Source of the DNA: Pirellulales bacterium
GTDB taxonomy: Bacteria; Planctomycetota; Planctomycetia; Pirellulales; DATAWG01
Assembly: GCA_963738955.1 (NCBI GenBank)
Contig: CAVTYW010000027.1
Location: 231,529-295,528, forward strand
DNA length: 64,000 nucleotides
Direction of reading: 5' to 3'
This document shows positions 1-9,102 of this stretch, in pieces. Under the pieces are notes generated by a model. It was not told the DNA's origin, made no database searches, and saw nothing but the letters and a program-made list of their open reading frames with translations. How positions within the stretch are numbered: position 1 is the stretch's first letter; each line of letters starts with the position of its first letter. Made by a program: the position numbers and the translations under genes.

Positions 1-234
1 GGGGTTCAACGCAACTGAAACGCACGCACGAATCGCCCGCACACATCGCACGGAGACGGCCGGAACGAAATCGGGACGAACTCCGGATTGCACAAACAGT
101 CAATTCTTCACAGGCCTGGTGGAGGAAGAGGTAACTTTCCCCCCAAAATCCTGTGGGCAGCCGCTTCGCAGACACACTATAATGATTGCCGATCCCCGCA
201 CCAACTTCCCGCCTCAAAATCCCTTCTCCAAGCC

Positions 235-2814
235 ATGCGAATCTCGATCGGCATTATCGCATGGGCCGTCGTCATTTTCGAGGCTTTGCCATCGACTGCG
301 ACGGCGGCCGAAGCAGCAGCGAATCCGGCGCCATCCCCCGAGGCGGTTCGATTCTTCGAGGCGAAAGTGCGGCCGGTGTTGGTCGATAATTGCTACCAGT
401 GCCACGGCGAGAGCAAGCAGGAAGACAATCTGCGGCTCGACTCGCGGGCCGGGATCATCGCGGGCGGCGATCACGGGCCGGCCGTCGTGCCGGGCAATCC
501 CGATGAGAGCTTGCTCATCAAGGCCGTGAAGCATTCGCCCGATTTGTCGATGCCGCCCAAAAAGCAGTTGGCCAGCGAGCAGATCGCCGATCTGACGTTC
601 TGGATCAAGTCGGGAGCGGTCTGGCCGGATGATGGAAAAACGGCCGCCGCAACTCGCCGCGTAAGGGAATGCAGATCACGGCGAAGGACCGTGCCCATTG
701 GTCGTTCCAGCCGGTGAAAGCGGCCGCCGATTCCGTCGGTGAAGAACGCGGCGTGGGTGGCGAATCCGATCGATGCTTTCGTTCTCGCCAGCCTCGAATC
801 CAAAGGCCTGTCGCCGAATCCGCCGGCCGACAAGCGCGAACTGGTCCGCCGGCTGTATTACGATCTCACCGGCTTGCCGCCGACGCCGGCCGAAGTCGAG
901 GCATTCGTCGCCGATCGCGTCGCCGGGGGCTTACGATGCACTCGTCGATCGCTTGCTCGTTCTCGCCGCACTACGGCGAGAAATGGGGCCGGCATTGGCT
1001 CGATCTGGTTCGCTATGCCGAGACGCAACAGCTACGAACGCGACGATCCCAAGCCGAACGTCTGGCGGTATCGCGATTACGTGATCCGCTCGCTCAACGA
1101 CGACAAGCCCTACGACCAGTTCGTCCGCGAGCAGCTTGCCGGCGACGAACTTTCGACGCCGACGACGACAGCCTGATCGCCACCGGCTATTATCGCCTTG
1201 GCATTTGGGACGACGAGCCGAGCGATCGGGAGCAGGCCCGATTCGATGGACTGGACGACATCGTCGCCACGACCGGGCAAGTTTTTCTCGGCCTGACGGT
1301 CGATTGCGCCCGCTGCCACGATCACAAGATCGATCCGATTCCGCAGAAGGATTATTACCGGCTGCTGTCGTTTTTCGCAGGACGTCAATCCGTATCGCAA
1401 CGGCGGGCCGAGCGACGAATTGCCGATCATGGGGAGCCCCGAAGATCGCGCAGACTCGCGAGCAGGCGGCGCGCGAGTTGGACCAGAATCGGAATCGAGT
1501 CCATGCGGGCAATCGTCGAACTGGATGGAAAGTTTCGCCGGCTATATCTCGCAGGAGAAAAAGCCGAGAAAAAGCCAGACGACCACGCTCCGGCCGCGCC
1601 CGACAAAGCAGGCGGCGAAACCAGAATCCGGCGGATTTCGGCCGAGCTTGATCCAAACCGACGGCGAGCGCATTCTCGGCACGGCGGAATTCAAGCGCTA
1701 TCAGTACTTGCAAGGCCGATCTCGATGCGCTGGTGCATCAGACACCCGCCGGGAAACGTGGCGCTCGGCGTGACGGAGAGCGGACCGCAAGCACCGGACA
1801 CGTTCGTGCTGCTTCGCGGCAATCCGCAGAACCAAGGGAGACAAGGTCGAGCCGGCGTTTCCTGAGGTGCTTGGCGAGCGAAAAAGCCATCGATTCCAAC
1901 GCCGTCGCCGGGAGCCAAGAGCAGCGGCCGTCGCCTGGCGCTGGCCAATTGGCTTGCGTCGGACGACAATCCGCTCACGCCGCGCGTGATCGTCAATCGC
2001 ATCTGGCAATATCATTTCGGCCGCGGGATCGTTCGCTCGCCGAACAATTTCGGCACGCAAGGCGACCAGCCGACGCATCCCGAATTGCTCGATTGGCTCG
2101 CCGCCGAGTTCGTGAGCAACGGCTGGCGGATGAAGCCGCTGCACCGGCTGATCGTCACGTCGAATGCCTATCGAATGTCGTCGCGCGGCAATCCGAGGCG
2201 CTGGCCGTCGATCCGACGAACGATCTCTTCTGGCGGTTCGACATGCGGCGGCTGACGGCCGAGGAAATTCGCGATTCGATCCTGGCCGTGAGCGGCACGC
2301 TCAATCTCAAAATGTTCGGCCCGTCGGTTTATCCCGAGATTCCGAAGGAAGTGCTGGCCGGCCAATCGCGGCCGGGAAGTCGGCTGGGGCCATTCGCCGC
2401 CCGAGGATCAGGCGCGGCGAAGCATCTACGTCCACGTGAAGCGTTCGCTGTTGCTGCCGATCCTCGAAGCGTTCGATCTGCCGCGAAACCGATCGCTCGA
2501 GTCCGGTGCGGTTCAGCACGACGCAGCCGACGCAAGCGCTCGGCATGCTGAATAGGCGAGTTCTTGAACGAGCAGGCCGGCACTGTTCGCCGGCCCGATT
2601 GCGAAAGGAAGCGGGCAGCGACACGGCAGCCAAGTGCGGCTGGCGCTCAATCTGGCGACGGCATCGCCCGCCGCGCGACGAGGAGATCGAGCGCGGAGTG
2701 AAATTGATCGAACGCTGCGATCGCGCGACGGGGCATCGGAACGAAGCGGCCCTGCGGCTGTTTTGCTTGATGACGTTGAATTTGAACGAGTTCGTGTATT
2801 TGGATGTCGATTAG
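235..2814 (+). pseudogene. PSCyt1 / DUF1549 / DUF1553 (Planctomycete cytochrome-c domain) family protein, copy 1; frame broken many times as assembled
   Basis: Signal peptide MRISIGIIAWAVVIF and heme motif CYQCHG. DUF1549-like [64 protein letters not shown]1553-like [35 protein letters not shown]. The pieces are scattered over ORFs 88-717, 669-1865, 739-1176, 773-1084, 1733-2551, 1986-2255 and 2506-2814 in all three frames; I count at least a dozen frame changes. Confidence 0.8.
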
Positions 2815-2832
2815 CGTGAAGGAGCCACGACC

Positions 2833-4327
2833 ATGACGCTTCCAAATGAAAATTCGGCGAACCACGGCGGGGCTTTCTGCGGGCGCACGCGCCGCGAATT
2901 CCTGTGGGAAGCCGGCGCGAAGTTCACTGGCCTCGCGCTGACCGGCATGCTTGTCGCCGACGGCTTCTTCAACAGCATCGCGATCGCTGCCACCGGCGCA
3001 TCCGGCAATCGTCAATCCGCTCGCCCCGAAGCCGCCGATGATGCCGGCCAAGGCCAAGAGCGTCATCTTTCTTGTTCATGTACGGCGGGCCAAGCCATGT
3101 CGATACGTTCGACTACAAGCCGAAACTTTATCGAACTCGACGGCCAGACGATCGCCGATCAAAACGTTCGGCCGCGGCGGCAAGAGAAACGAAGGCCGCG
3201 TCGTCGGACCGAAATGGAAGTTCAAGCAATACGGCCAGTGCGGCAAGTGGATCAGCGATCTGTTTCCGAATCTCGCGACCTGCGTCGACGACATCGCGTT
3301 CATCCATTCGATGACGGCCGACTCGCCGATCCACGGCTCGGCGATGCTGCAAATGAACACCGGCAAAATTCTCTCCGGCAGCCCGTGCCTCGGTTCGTGG
3401 GTCAACTACGGCCTGGGGAGCGTCAATGAAAATCTGCCCGGCTTCGTCGTCATGCTCGATCCGACGGGCGGGCCGATCAGCGGCGCGAAGAATTGGTCGA
3501 GCGGCTACATGCCGGCCACGTATCAGGGGACGATTCTGCGTTCGGCCGGCGAGCCGATTCTCGATCTCAAGCCGCCGCGAGGGAATCACCGACCCGATGC
3601 AGCGCGATCTGCTCGACACGTTCGAACGAGTACAACGGTTCGCACCTGGCGGCGCGGAGCGACAACAGCAATCTGGCCGCACGGATCGCGAGCTATGAAC
3701 TTGCCTATTCGATGCAACGGCACGCACCCGAGGCGGTCGATATCACGCAAGAAACAGCCGCCACGCAAGACCTTTACGGCCTGAACGACACGAAGACGCA
3801 CGAATTCGGCCGGCGCTGCCTGCTGGCCCGGCGGTTGGTCGAGCGCGGCGTGCGGTTCGTGCAGCTTTACGCCGGCGGCGCTCACAACGACCACAATTGG
3901 GACGCCCACGGCGATTTGGTCAACAATCATTCGTATCACGCCGGCCGCACCGACAAGCCGATCGCCGGCTTGCTCAAGGATCTGAAGCAGCGCGGCTTGC
4001 TCGACGAAACGCTCATTATCTGGGGCGGCGAATTCGGCCGGCAGCCGACGGCGGAAAATCGCCTCAGGCACGGGCCGCGATCACAATGCCTACGGCTTTA
4101 CGATGTGGATGGCTGGCGGCGGGATCAAGGGAGGCGTCAGCTTCGGCGAGACGGATGAACTCGGCTCCGCGGCCGTGACCGATCCGCTGCACGTGAAGCA
4201 TCTGCACGCGACGGTGCTGAATCAACTGGGCCTCGATCCGAATCATCTGACCTATTTTTATGGCGGGTTGAAGCAAAAGCTGGTCGGCGTCGAAGGCGCG
4301 GAGCCGATTCGGCGGATTATTGCGTAG
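2833..4327 (+). pseudogene. DUF1501 (sulfatase-like) protein, copy 1, partner of the upstream DUF1549/1553 gene; multiple frame breaks
   Basis: Tat-like N-terminus RREFLWEAGAKFTGLAL, then KSVIFL / [89 protein letters not shown] and the C-terminal LTYFYGG...IIA. The path runs through ORFs 2833-3429, 2951-3784, 3072-3314, 3493-4158 and 4103-4327. Confidence 0.8.
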
Positions 4328-4352
4328 CAAGGCGATTGCCCATCGTCTTGAG

Positions 4353-4378
4353 TTACGGGTTCCTCTTCTCTGTTCGTG
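4353..4378. repeat. Repeat copy A1 (TTACGGGTTCCTCTTCTCTGTTCGTG)
   Basis: Shares a 22-nt core, GGGTTCCTCTTCTCTGTTCGTG, with 4661-4682. Its first 20 nt are the reverse complement of the core of the copies at 5028-5058 and 5138-5168. Confidence 0.85.
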
Positions 4379-4448
4379 GTTTTTTGGATTGCCGTACTTA
4401 ACGAGAAGGCCGCCGTCGCTCCGAAACCGACAGAAGAACGTAACGCCT

Positions 4449-4637
4449 ATGTCGCGCGTTCGCAACAAGTCGCTTCCGCGTTGGGCCGCTTTTGTGATTC
4501 CATTCGTGCTGGTAACGCTTTGTTGCGAGGTATGTGCGGCGTCGGCGCACCCATTCGAGTGGTCGGGCCTTCCAGAGCTCTTCGGAATCCTGTTCGGGCT
4601 GTTTTGCTTGGGGTTTACTGCCATATTGGATCCTTGA
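4449..4637 (+). CDS. Possible small two-TM membrane protein (62 aa) lying between repeat copies A1 and A2
   Basis: The internal ATG of ORF 4320-4637 gives MSRVRNKSLPRWAAFVIPFVLVTLCC...LFGILFGLFCLGFTAILDP. An antisense basic ORF inside 4398-4826 competes for this stretch, and I see no similarity to anything I know. Confidence 0.2.
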   Translation: MSRVRNKSLPRWAAFVIPFVLVTLCCEVCAASAHPFEWSGLPELFGILFGLFCLGFTAILDP

Positions 4638-4658
4638 ACGGCGAACCATTTCCCACAT

Positions 4659-4682
4659 CGGGGTTCCTCTTCTCTGTTCGTG
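4659..4682. repeat. Repeat copy A2 (CGGGGTTCCTCTTCTCTGTTCGTG)
   Basis: Direct copy of A1. It ends 8 nt before the ATG of the CHC2 ORF. Confidence 0.85.
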
Positions 4683-4690
4683 ATCAAGCG

Positions 4691-5203
4691 ATGCCCAGCA
4701 TTGACTTTCCTGCCGTTCGCGCTGCGATTTCGCTACAATCGGTGCTCGAACTGCTCGGCTTCGTTCCGTCAGAGCGCCGGGGAGACCAATTGCGAGGGCC
4801 CTGCCCGATTCACAAGTCGAAATCACCCCAGAGCCGTTCGTTCTCAGCCAAACTCGCGAGAAATGCTTTCCAATGTTTCACGTGCAAAGCGGCCGGCAAC
4901 CAAATTGATCTCTGGTCGTTGACACAATCCTTGACGCTTTTCGATGCCGCGACCGATCTGTGCAACCGCCTTCAAATCGCCGTGCCGCAGCGCAGCTCAC
5001 AAACCCACCGCAGCGCCAAAAGACCCTGCCAGAGAAGAGGAACCCGTAAGCCCGAAGCCGCCACGCGAGTCGAGTTATTGCTGAAAGTGTGCAAGCCCAA
5101 GCGCGGATCGCGAACCCGGCAGCGCTTCGAAACCCCGGCCAGAGAAGAGGAACCCGTAAGCCCGAAGCTGTCGCATACGTCGAATTATCTACTTGTACCG
5201 TGA
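4691..5203 (+). CDS. Stand-alone CHC2-type (primase-like) zinc-finger protein; the 3' third of the ORF runs through repeat DNA
   Basis: Internal ATG at 4691 gives MPSIDFPAVRAAISLQSVLELLGF...GPCPIHKSKSPQSRSFSAKLARNAFQCFTCKAAGNQIDLW, the CxH...CxxC pattern of zf-CHC2. No primase catalytic domain follows. After about residue 110 the ORF reads through repeat copies B1 and B2, so the true stop is uncertain. Confidence 0.6.
   Translation: MPSIDFPAVRAAISLQSVLELLGFVPSERRGDQLRGPCPIHKSKSPQSRSFSAKLARNAFQCFTCKAAGNQIDLWSLTQSLTLFDAATDLCNRLQIAVPQRSSQTHRSAKRPCQRRGTRKPEAATRVELLLKVCKPKRGSRTRQRFETPAREEEPVSPKLSHTSNYLLVP
5028..5058. repeat. Repeat copy B1 (GCCAGAGAAGAGGAACCCGTAAGCCCGAAGC), inverted relative to A1/A2
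   Basis: The 31 nt are identical to 5138-5168. The core CAGAGAAGAGGAACCCGTAA is the reverse complement of 4353-4372. Confidence 0.9.
5138..5168. repeat. Repeat copy B2, identical 31-mer 110 nt downstream of B1
   Basis: Exact 31-nt match to B1. Weaker similarity continues about 40 nt downstream (GTCGA[GA]TTAT...GAAAG...CCCA), suggesting a diverged tandem duplication of about 110 nt. Confidence 0.9.
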
Positions 5204-5236
5204 AAGCCCATTTTTTACTTTCGAAGGAATCCCACG

Positions 5237-6208
5237 ATGCGAATGTTTCGAGTTGTTATTGCCGGTTTGTTGGTTTGCGGTTGGTGCGTAGCGGCGCGTA
5301 GCGCCGAAGCGCCGACGGCGGCGGCCTCGCCGATTGCGCATCGCGTCTTCGCCGTCGATAATGGCCATGCGGCGATCGTCAGCGCCAAAGGCGAAGTTGA
5401 ATGGGAATATCCCTGCCCGACCGATGGGCACGATAGCTCGATGCTCGACAATGGCAACGTGCTGCTGCGCATCAGCGGCGCGAAAATCGCCGAGGTCTCG
5501 CCGGACAAGAAAATCGTTTGGCAATACGAATCCAAACCGAAGACCGGCTACTCCGGCCACGTCGAGGTTCACAGCTTTCAACGCTTGCCCGACGGGCTAA
5601 CCATGATCGCCGAAGGAGGCAATCGGCGGATCATCGAGGTCGATAAAGACGGCAAGATCGTGCATGAAATTCCGTTGGTCGTCGAGCATCCGAATCCGCA
5701 CGTTGATACGCGATTGGTCCGGAAGCTCGCCAATGGCCATTATCTCGTTTGCCAGGGCGGCGACAGCACGGTGCGCGAATACGACGGCGCCGGCAAAGTC
5801 GTGTGGAGCTATAAGCTCGATCTCGATGGCCGCCCCGCATCCGGCGGCCACGGTCCGGAAGGGCACGGCACCGAGCCCTACGGCGCGGTTCGGCTCGCCA
5901 ACGGCAACACGCTGATCGCCGCCGGCAACGGCAATCGGGTGATTGAAGTTTCGCCGGAGGGAAAAGTCGTGTGGAAGATCGAGCAGCATGAGTTGCCCGG
6001 CATCACGCTCGCCTGGGTGACGACACTCGAAGTGCTGCCCAGCGGCAATCTGATTTTCGGCAATTGCCACGCCGGCCCGGAGAATCCGCAATTGATCGAA
6101 GTCACACGTGACAGAAAAGTCGTATGGACGTTCAAGAATTTCAAGACATTCGGCAACGCGGTGGCGGCGGCGCAGGTGCTCGACATCAAAGGCAAGGTGA
6201 TTCGCTAA
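5237..6208 (+). CDS. Secreted beta-propeller-like repeat protein (323 aa)
   Basis: Intact ORF with signal peptide MRMFRVVIAGLLVCGWCVAARSAEA. Six spaced copies of a G-K-[IV]-V-W-x-[YF] strand motif suggest six blades: KGEVEWEY, KKIVWQYE, GKIVHEI, GKVVWSYK, GKVVWKIE, RKVVWTFK. Confidence 0.7.
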   Translation: MRMFRVVIAGLLVCGWCVAARSAEAPTAAASPIAHRVFAVDNGHAAIVSAKGEVEWEYPCPTDGHDSSMLDNGNVLLRISGAKIAEVSPDKKIVWQYESKPKTGYSGHVEVHSFQRLPDGLTMIAEGGNRRIIEVDKDGKIVHEIPLVVEHPNPHVDTRLVRKLANGHYLVCQGGDSTVREYDGAGKVVWSYKLDLDGRPASGGHGPEGHGTEPYGAVRLANGNTLIAAGNGNRVIEVSPEGKVVWKIEQHELPGITLAWVTTLEVLPSGNLIFGNCHAGPENPQLIEVTRDRKVVWTFKNFKTFGNAVAAAQVLDIKGKVIR

Positions 6209-6285
6209 AACGGATTGCCGCAGTCACACGAGCGCTGCCGACGGTGGCAATTCCGGCGGACAACTCGACGAGAAGAGAGGTTTCC

Positions 6286-7890
6286 ATGAAATTTGTTTTT
6301 ATCGTGCCGCTTCAACTATTGCTCATAATCGGAATCTGTGAGCATGCCCGCGCCGACCAGCCTGCGATTGCAGCAGCCGCCGATTCCAAGGCAGTCGCAA
6401 ATAGCGAGACGAAACCAAAGCTGCCGGTTCCCCCAGATGACGCGCAGAAGGCCTCGCTCTCGCTGATTCGGGATGTTTATAAAGCCGACTACGAAAAAGC
6501 CACAACGCCCGCTCGGAAGCTTGATTTGGCGAAGAAGCTATTTCAGGAGGGATCTCAAACGGAAGGAGATGCCAGCGGCAAGTTCGTGTTATTGAGAGTC
6601 TCGCGGGATTTGGCAATTCAGAGCGGCGATACCGAGCTCGCATTGCAAGCTGTTGACGCGATTGCCAAATCGTTCCAAATCGACTCCGTCGAAATGAAAC
6701 TGCAAGCCTTGACGCAAATTGAGAAGTTGGCGGCAACGCCTCCCGGCCATAAGCAAGTCGCGGCGGCGTTCGTGCAACTGATTGACGAAGCAATAGCGGC
6801 GGAAGATTTTGACCGCGCGAAGCAGTTTTCCGAACGCGAAGTTGCCGCTTGCCGTGCCGCCAACGACCCGGCGCTTGTAAAGGAATCGGTAGCACGAGGC
6901 CTGGAAATCGATCGTATCGCAGCGTTGGATCTCGACGTGGTAAAGGCGCACACGACATTAAAATCCAATCCGCTCGATCCTGGCGCCAATTTCCTGGTTG
7001 GCAAGTTCCTATGCTTCTACAAAGGTGATTGGGACGGCGGGCTGCCGATGTTGGCGCTTGGAAACGACGCGAAAATGAAGAGTATCGCCACAACGGAGCT
7101 TAAGCCGCCGACGAATGGCGCCGGACGGATCGCGCTTGCGGATGCCTGGTGGGATGCCGCGGAGAAAGCGAACGGCTCGATTCGGAATCGAATGCAAACC
7201 CGTGCGGTTTATTGGTACAAGCGGGCGATGCCCGAGTTGGCCGGTTTGCCGAAAGCCAAGGCAGAAAAACGCATTGACGAAGTGGCGTCCGCCGGCGGCA
7301 CGAGCAGTGCGAATGGAAAGCAAGCCGGGCATGACGTTGTCGGCCGGCCGAATAGTTCGAAGCCGGCCGGCATCAAGACCGAGCCAAACTCGACGTATGA
7401 ATGTCTCTTGGGCGTTTACTTCAATGATGGCAAGCCGACGCCATTCGTGAATCTCGGTATTCCCAATGGCAGCAACATGCTCTCGCATGACGTAATGACC
7501 GCGATGCAGGGCAAGCTTCCCGGCGAAATCAGCTATGCGGCGACGGGCTACATCATGATTCCTCGTGACGGAACCTATGAGTTCGACCAAAACTTTGGCG
7601 ACGTCTCGGTCGACGGCAGGCGGTTGGGCTTCGATCGAAATCTCGGCACGGCCGACTTGCGCAAGGGCATTCACCGCATCGGACTCCACGAAGGCAATCA
7701 TGGCCAGCCGTACCTGCCGAAATGCAAGATCAAAATTCGCGAAAAGGGAAGTACCGACACGATTCCGGTTGTCAATTCCGGCCGAGATATTCAGGCATTC
7801 CTCAATACGGCGATCGTGGGCGAGCGGCCGATCGTGATCGGCGGATTCGACCCCGCTGCACAGAAGATCGATCTGAGGAAAACACGATAG
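6286..7890 (+). CDS. Secreted protein: N-terminal helical module shared with 58451-59992 and 60013-61536, plus a C-terminal PA14-like domain
   Basis: ATG at 6286 is preceded by agaagagagg. Signal peptide MKFVFIVPLQLLLIIGICEHARA. The module runs FVLLRVSRDLAIQSGD...VGKFLCFYKGDWDGGLPMLALG...LADAWWDAAEK...YWYKRAMPELAGLPKAKAEKRIDEV. The PA14-like call for the C-terminus (GYIMIPRDGTYEFDQNFGDVSVDGRRLG) is only a guess. Confidence 0.7.
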   Translation: MKFVFIVPLQLLLIIGICEHARADQPAIAAAADSKAVANSETKPKLPVPPDDAQKASLSLIRDVYKADYEKATTPARKLDLAKKLFQEGSQTEGDASGKFVLLRVSRDLAIQSGDTELALQAVDAIAKSFQIDSVEMKLQALTQIEKLAATPPGHKQVAAAFVQLIDEAIAAEDFDRAKQFSEREVAACRAANDPALVKESVARGLEIDRIAALDLDVVKAHTTLKSNPLDPGANFLVGKFLCFYKGDWDGGLPMLALGNDAKMKSIATTELKPPTNGAGRIALADAWWDAAEKANGSIRNRMQTRAVYWYKRAMPELAGLPKAKAEKRIDEVASAGGTSSANGKQAGHDVVGRPNSSKPAGIKTEPNSTYECLLGVYFNDGKPTPFVNLGIPNGSNMLSHDVMTAMQGKLPGEISYAATGYIMIPRDGTYEFDQNFGDVSVDGRRLGFDRNLGTADLRKGIHRIGLHEGNHGQPYLPKCKIKIREKGSTDTIPVVNSGRDIQAFLNTAIVGERPIVIGGFDPAAQKIDLRKTR

Positions 7891-7940
7891 GCGCGCCGCA
7901 GCATTGGCTGTTATTGCCGTCCCAACCTTCGATTCCAAAT

Positions 7941-8961
7941 ATGAAAAAAATCCGCTGGGGAATCTTGAGCACGGCCAAGATCGGGGTCACGAAAGTGATC
8001 CCGGCCATGCAGCGCGGGCAGCACAGCGAAGTCGTCGCAATTGCCTCGCGGTCGGCCGAAAAAGCTGCGCGACGCGGCTCGGCGGCTTGGCATTCCGCGG
8101 TTCTACGATTCTTACGAGGCCCTGCTGCTCGATCCGGCCGTCGATGCCGTCTACATTCCGCTGCCCAACGATCAGCATGTGCCGTGGTCGATCCGCGCAC
8201 TCGAGGCGGGCAAGCATGTATTGTGCGAAAAGCCGATCGGGCTGTCGGCGGACGAAGCTCGGCAGTTGCGCGAGGCGAGCCGGCGGTTTCCGCGGCTGAA
8301 GGTGATGGAGGCGTTCATGTATCGCCATCATCCGCAATGGCGGAAGGCGAAGGAATTGGTCGCCGGCAAGCGAATCGGTCGGCTGCGGACGATCAACACG
8401 TTATTTTCGTTTTACAACGACGATCCGACCAACATCCGCCACAACCCGGCGATGGGGGGCGGCGGCCTGATGGACCTCGGCTGCTACGCGATTTCGTTGT
8501 CGCGCTGGCTGTTCGACGCCGAGCCGCGGCGCGTGATGGGCTGGGTGCAATACGATCCGAAATTCGAAGTCGATCGCCTGGCGTCGGGCATCCTCGAATT
8601 CGGCGACAGCCCGGAAACTCATGCCACGGCGACGTTCACTTGCTCGATGCAAATGGCGCCGTTTCAACAGGTTGAGATTCTCGGCACCGAAGGGCGCATC
8701 GAATTGGTCGAAGTGCCGTTCAACGCCCCGAACGATCGCCCCTGCGCGATCAATCTGCAACATGGCGACGAAGCCTCGCGGATCGAGTTCGATCCGTGCG
8801 ATCAATACACGATCCAAGGCGATTTGTTTTCGCAAGCGATCCTCGACGACCGCCCGGTGCCGACCCCGCTCGACGACGCGGTGCGTAACATGGAAGTGAT
8901 TGAAGCGGTGGTGGCGTCGGGGCGGACGCGGCAGTGGGTAGAGTTCGGGGAGCGGGGCTAA
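7941..8961 (+). CDS. Gfo/Idh/MocA family NAD(P)-dependent oxidoreductase (one frame break near 8060-8070)
   Basis: MKKIRWGILSTAKIGVTKVIPAM...VVAIASRSAEKA in the frame of ORF 7722-8675, then RDAARRLGIPRFYDSYEALLLDPAVDAVYIPLPNDQHVPW...EAGKHVLCEKP in ORF 8041-8961. Confidence 0.85.
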
Positions 8962-8963
8962 CG

Positions 8964-9033
8964 GACGCGCGAAACCGCAAGCGAGCTTCGATACGCCGTT
9001 TGATTGACCGGTTCGCTTGCGGTTTCGCGCGTC
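8964..9033. repeat. REP-like hairpin of the CGCGAAACCGCAAGCG family, just after the oxidoreductase stop
   Basis: The arms GACGCGCGAAACCGCAAGCGA (8964-8984) and TCGCTTGCGGTTTCGCGCGTC (9013-9033) are perfect complements. A CCCCTAGCCCCTAGCCCCTCGCCCC tract follows at 9050-9074. Confidence 0.8.
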
Positions 9034-9102
9034 GTTCTTCGTACACTCGCCCCTAGCCCCTAGCCCCTCGCCCCTCTACACTTCTCTCCAAGGGCCCAAT
9101 CC

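Noticed and set aside
4064-4826. Minus-strand ORFs 4064-4687 and 4398-4826 crossing the repeat islet, including a basic 86-aa ORF with an AGAGGA 6-7 nt before its ATG
   Set aside because: They overlap the 3' end of the DUF1501 gene or the 5' end of the CHC2 gene. They read repeat DNA as protein and have no recognisable features. The Shine-Dalgarno-like sequence is part of the repeat itself. I cannot fully exclude the 86-aa ORF, so it is noted here but not called.
5028-5168. Possible mini-CRISPR array (two identical 31-nt repeats)
   Set aside because: There are only two copies. The 79-nt spacing is far longer than a CRISPR spacer. The similarity extends beyond the 31-mer, which points to a tandem duplication. 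Inverted partial copies lie upstream, and there are no cas genes.
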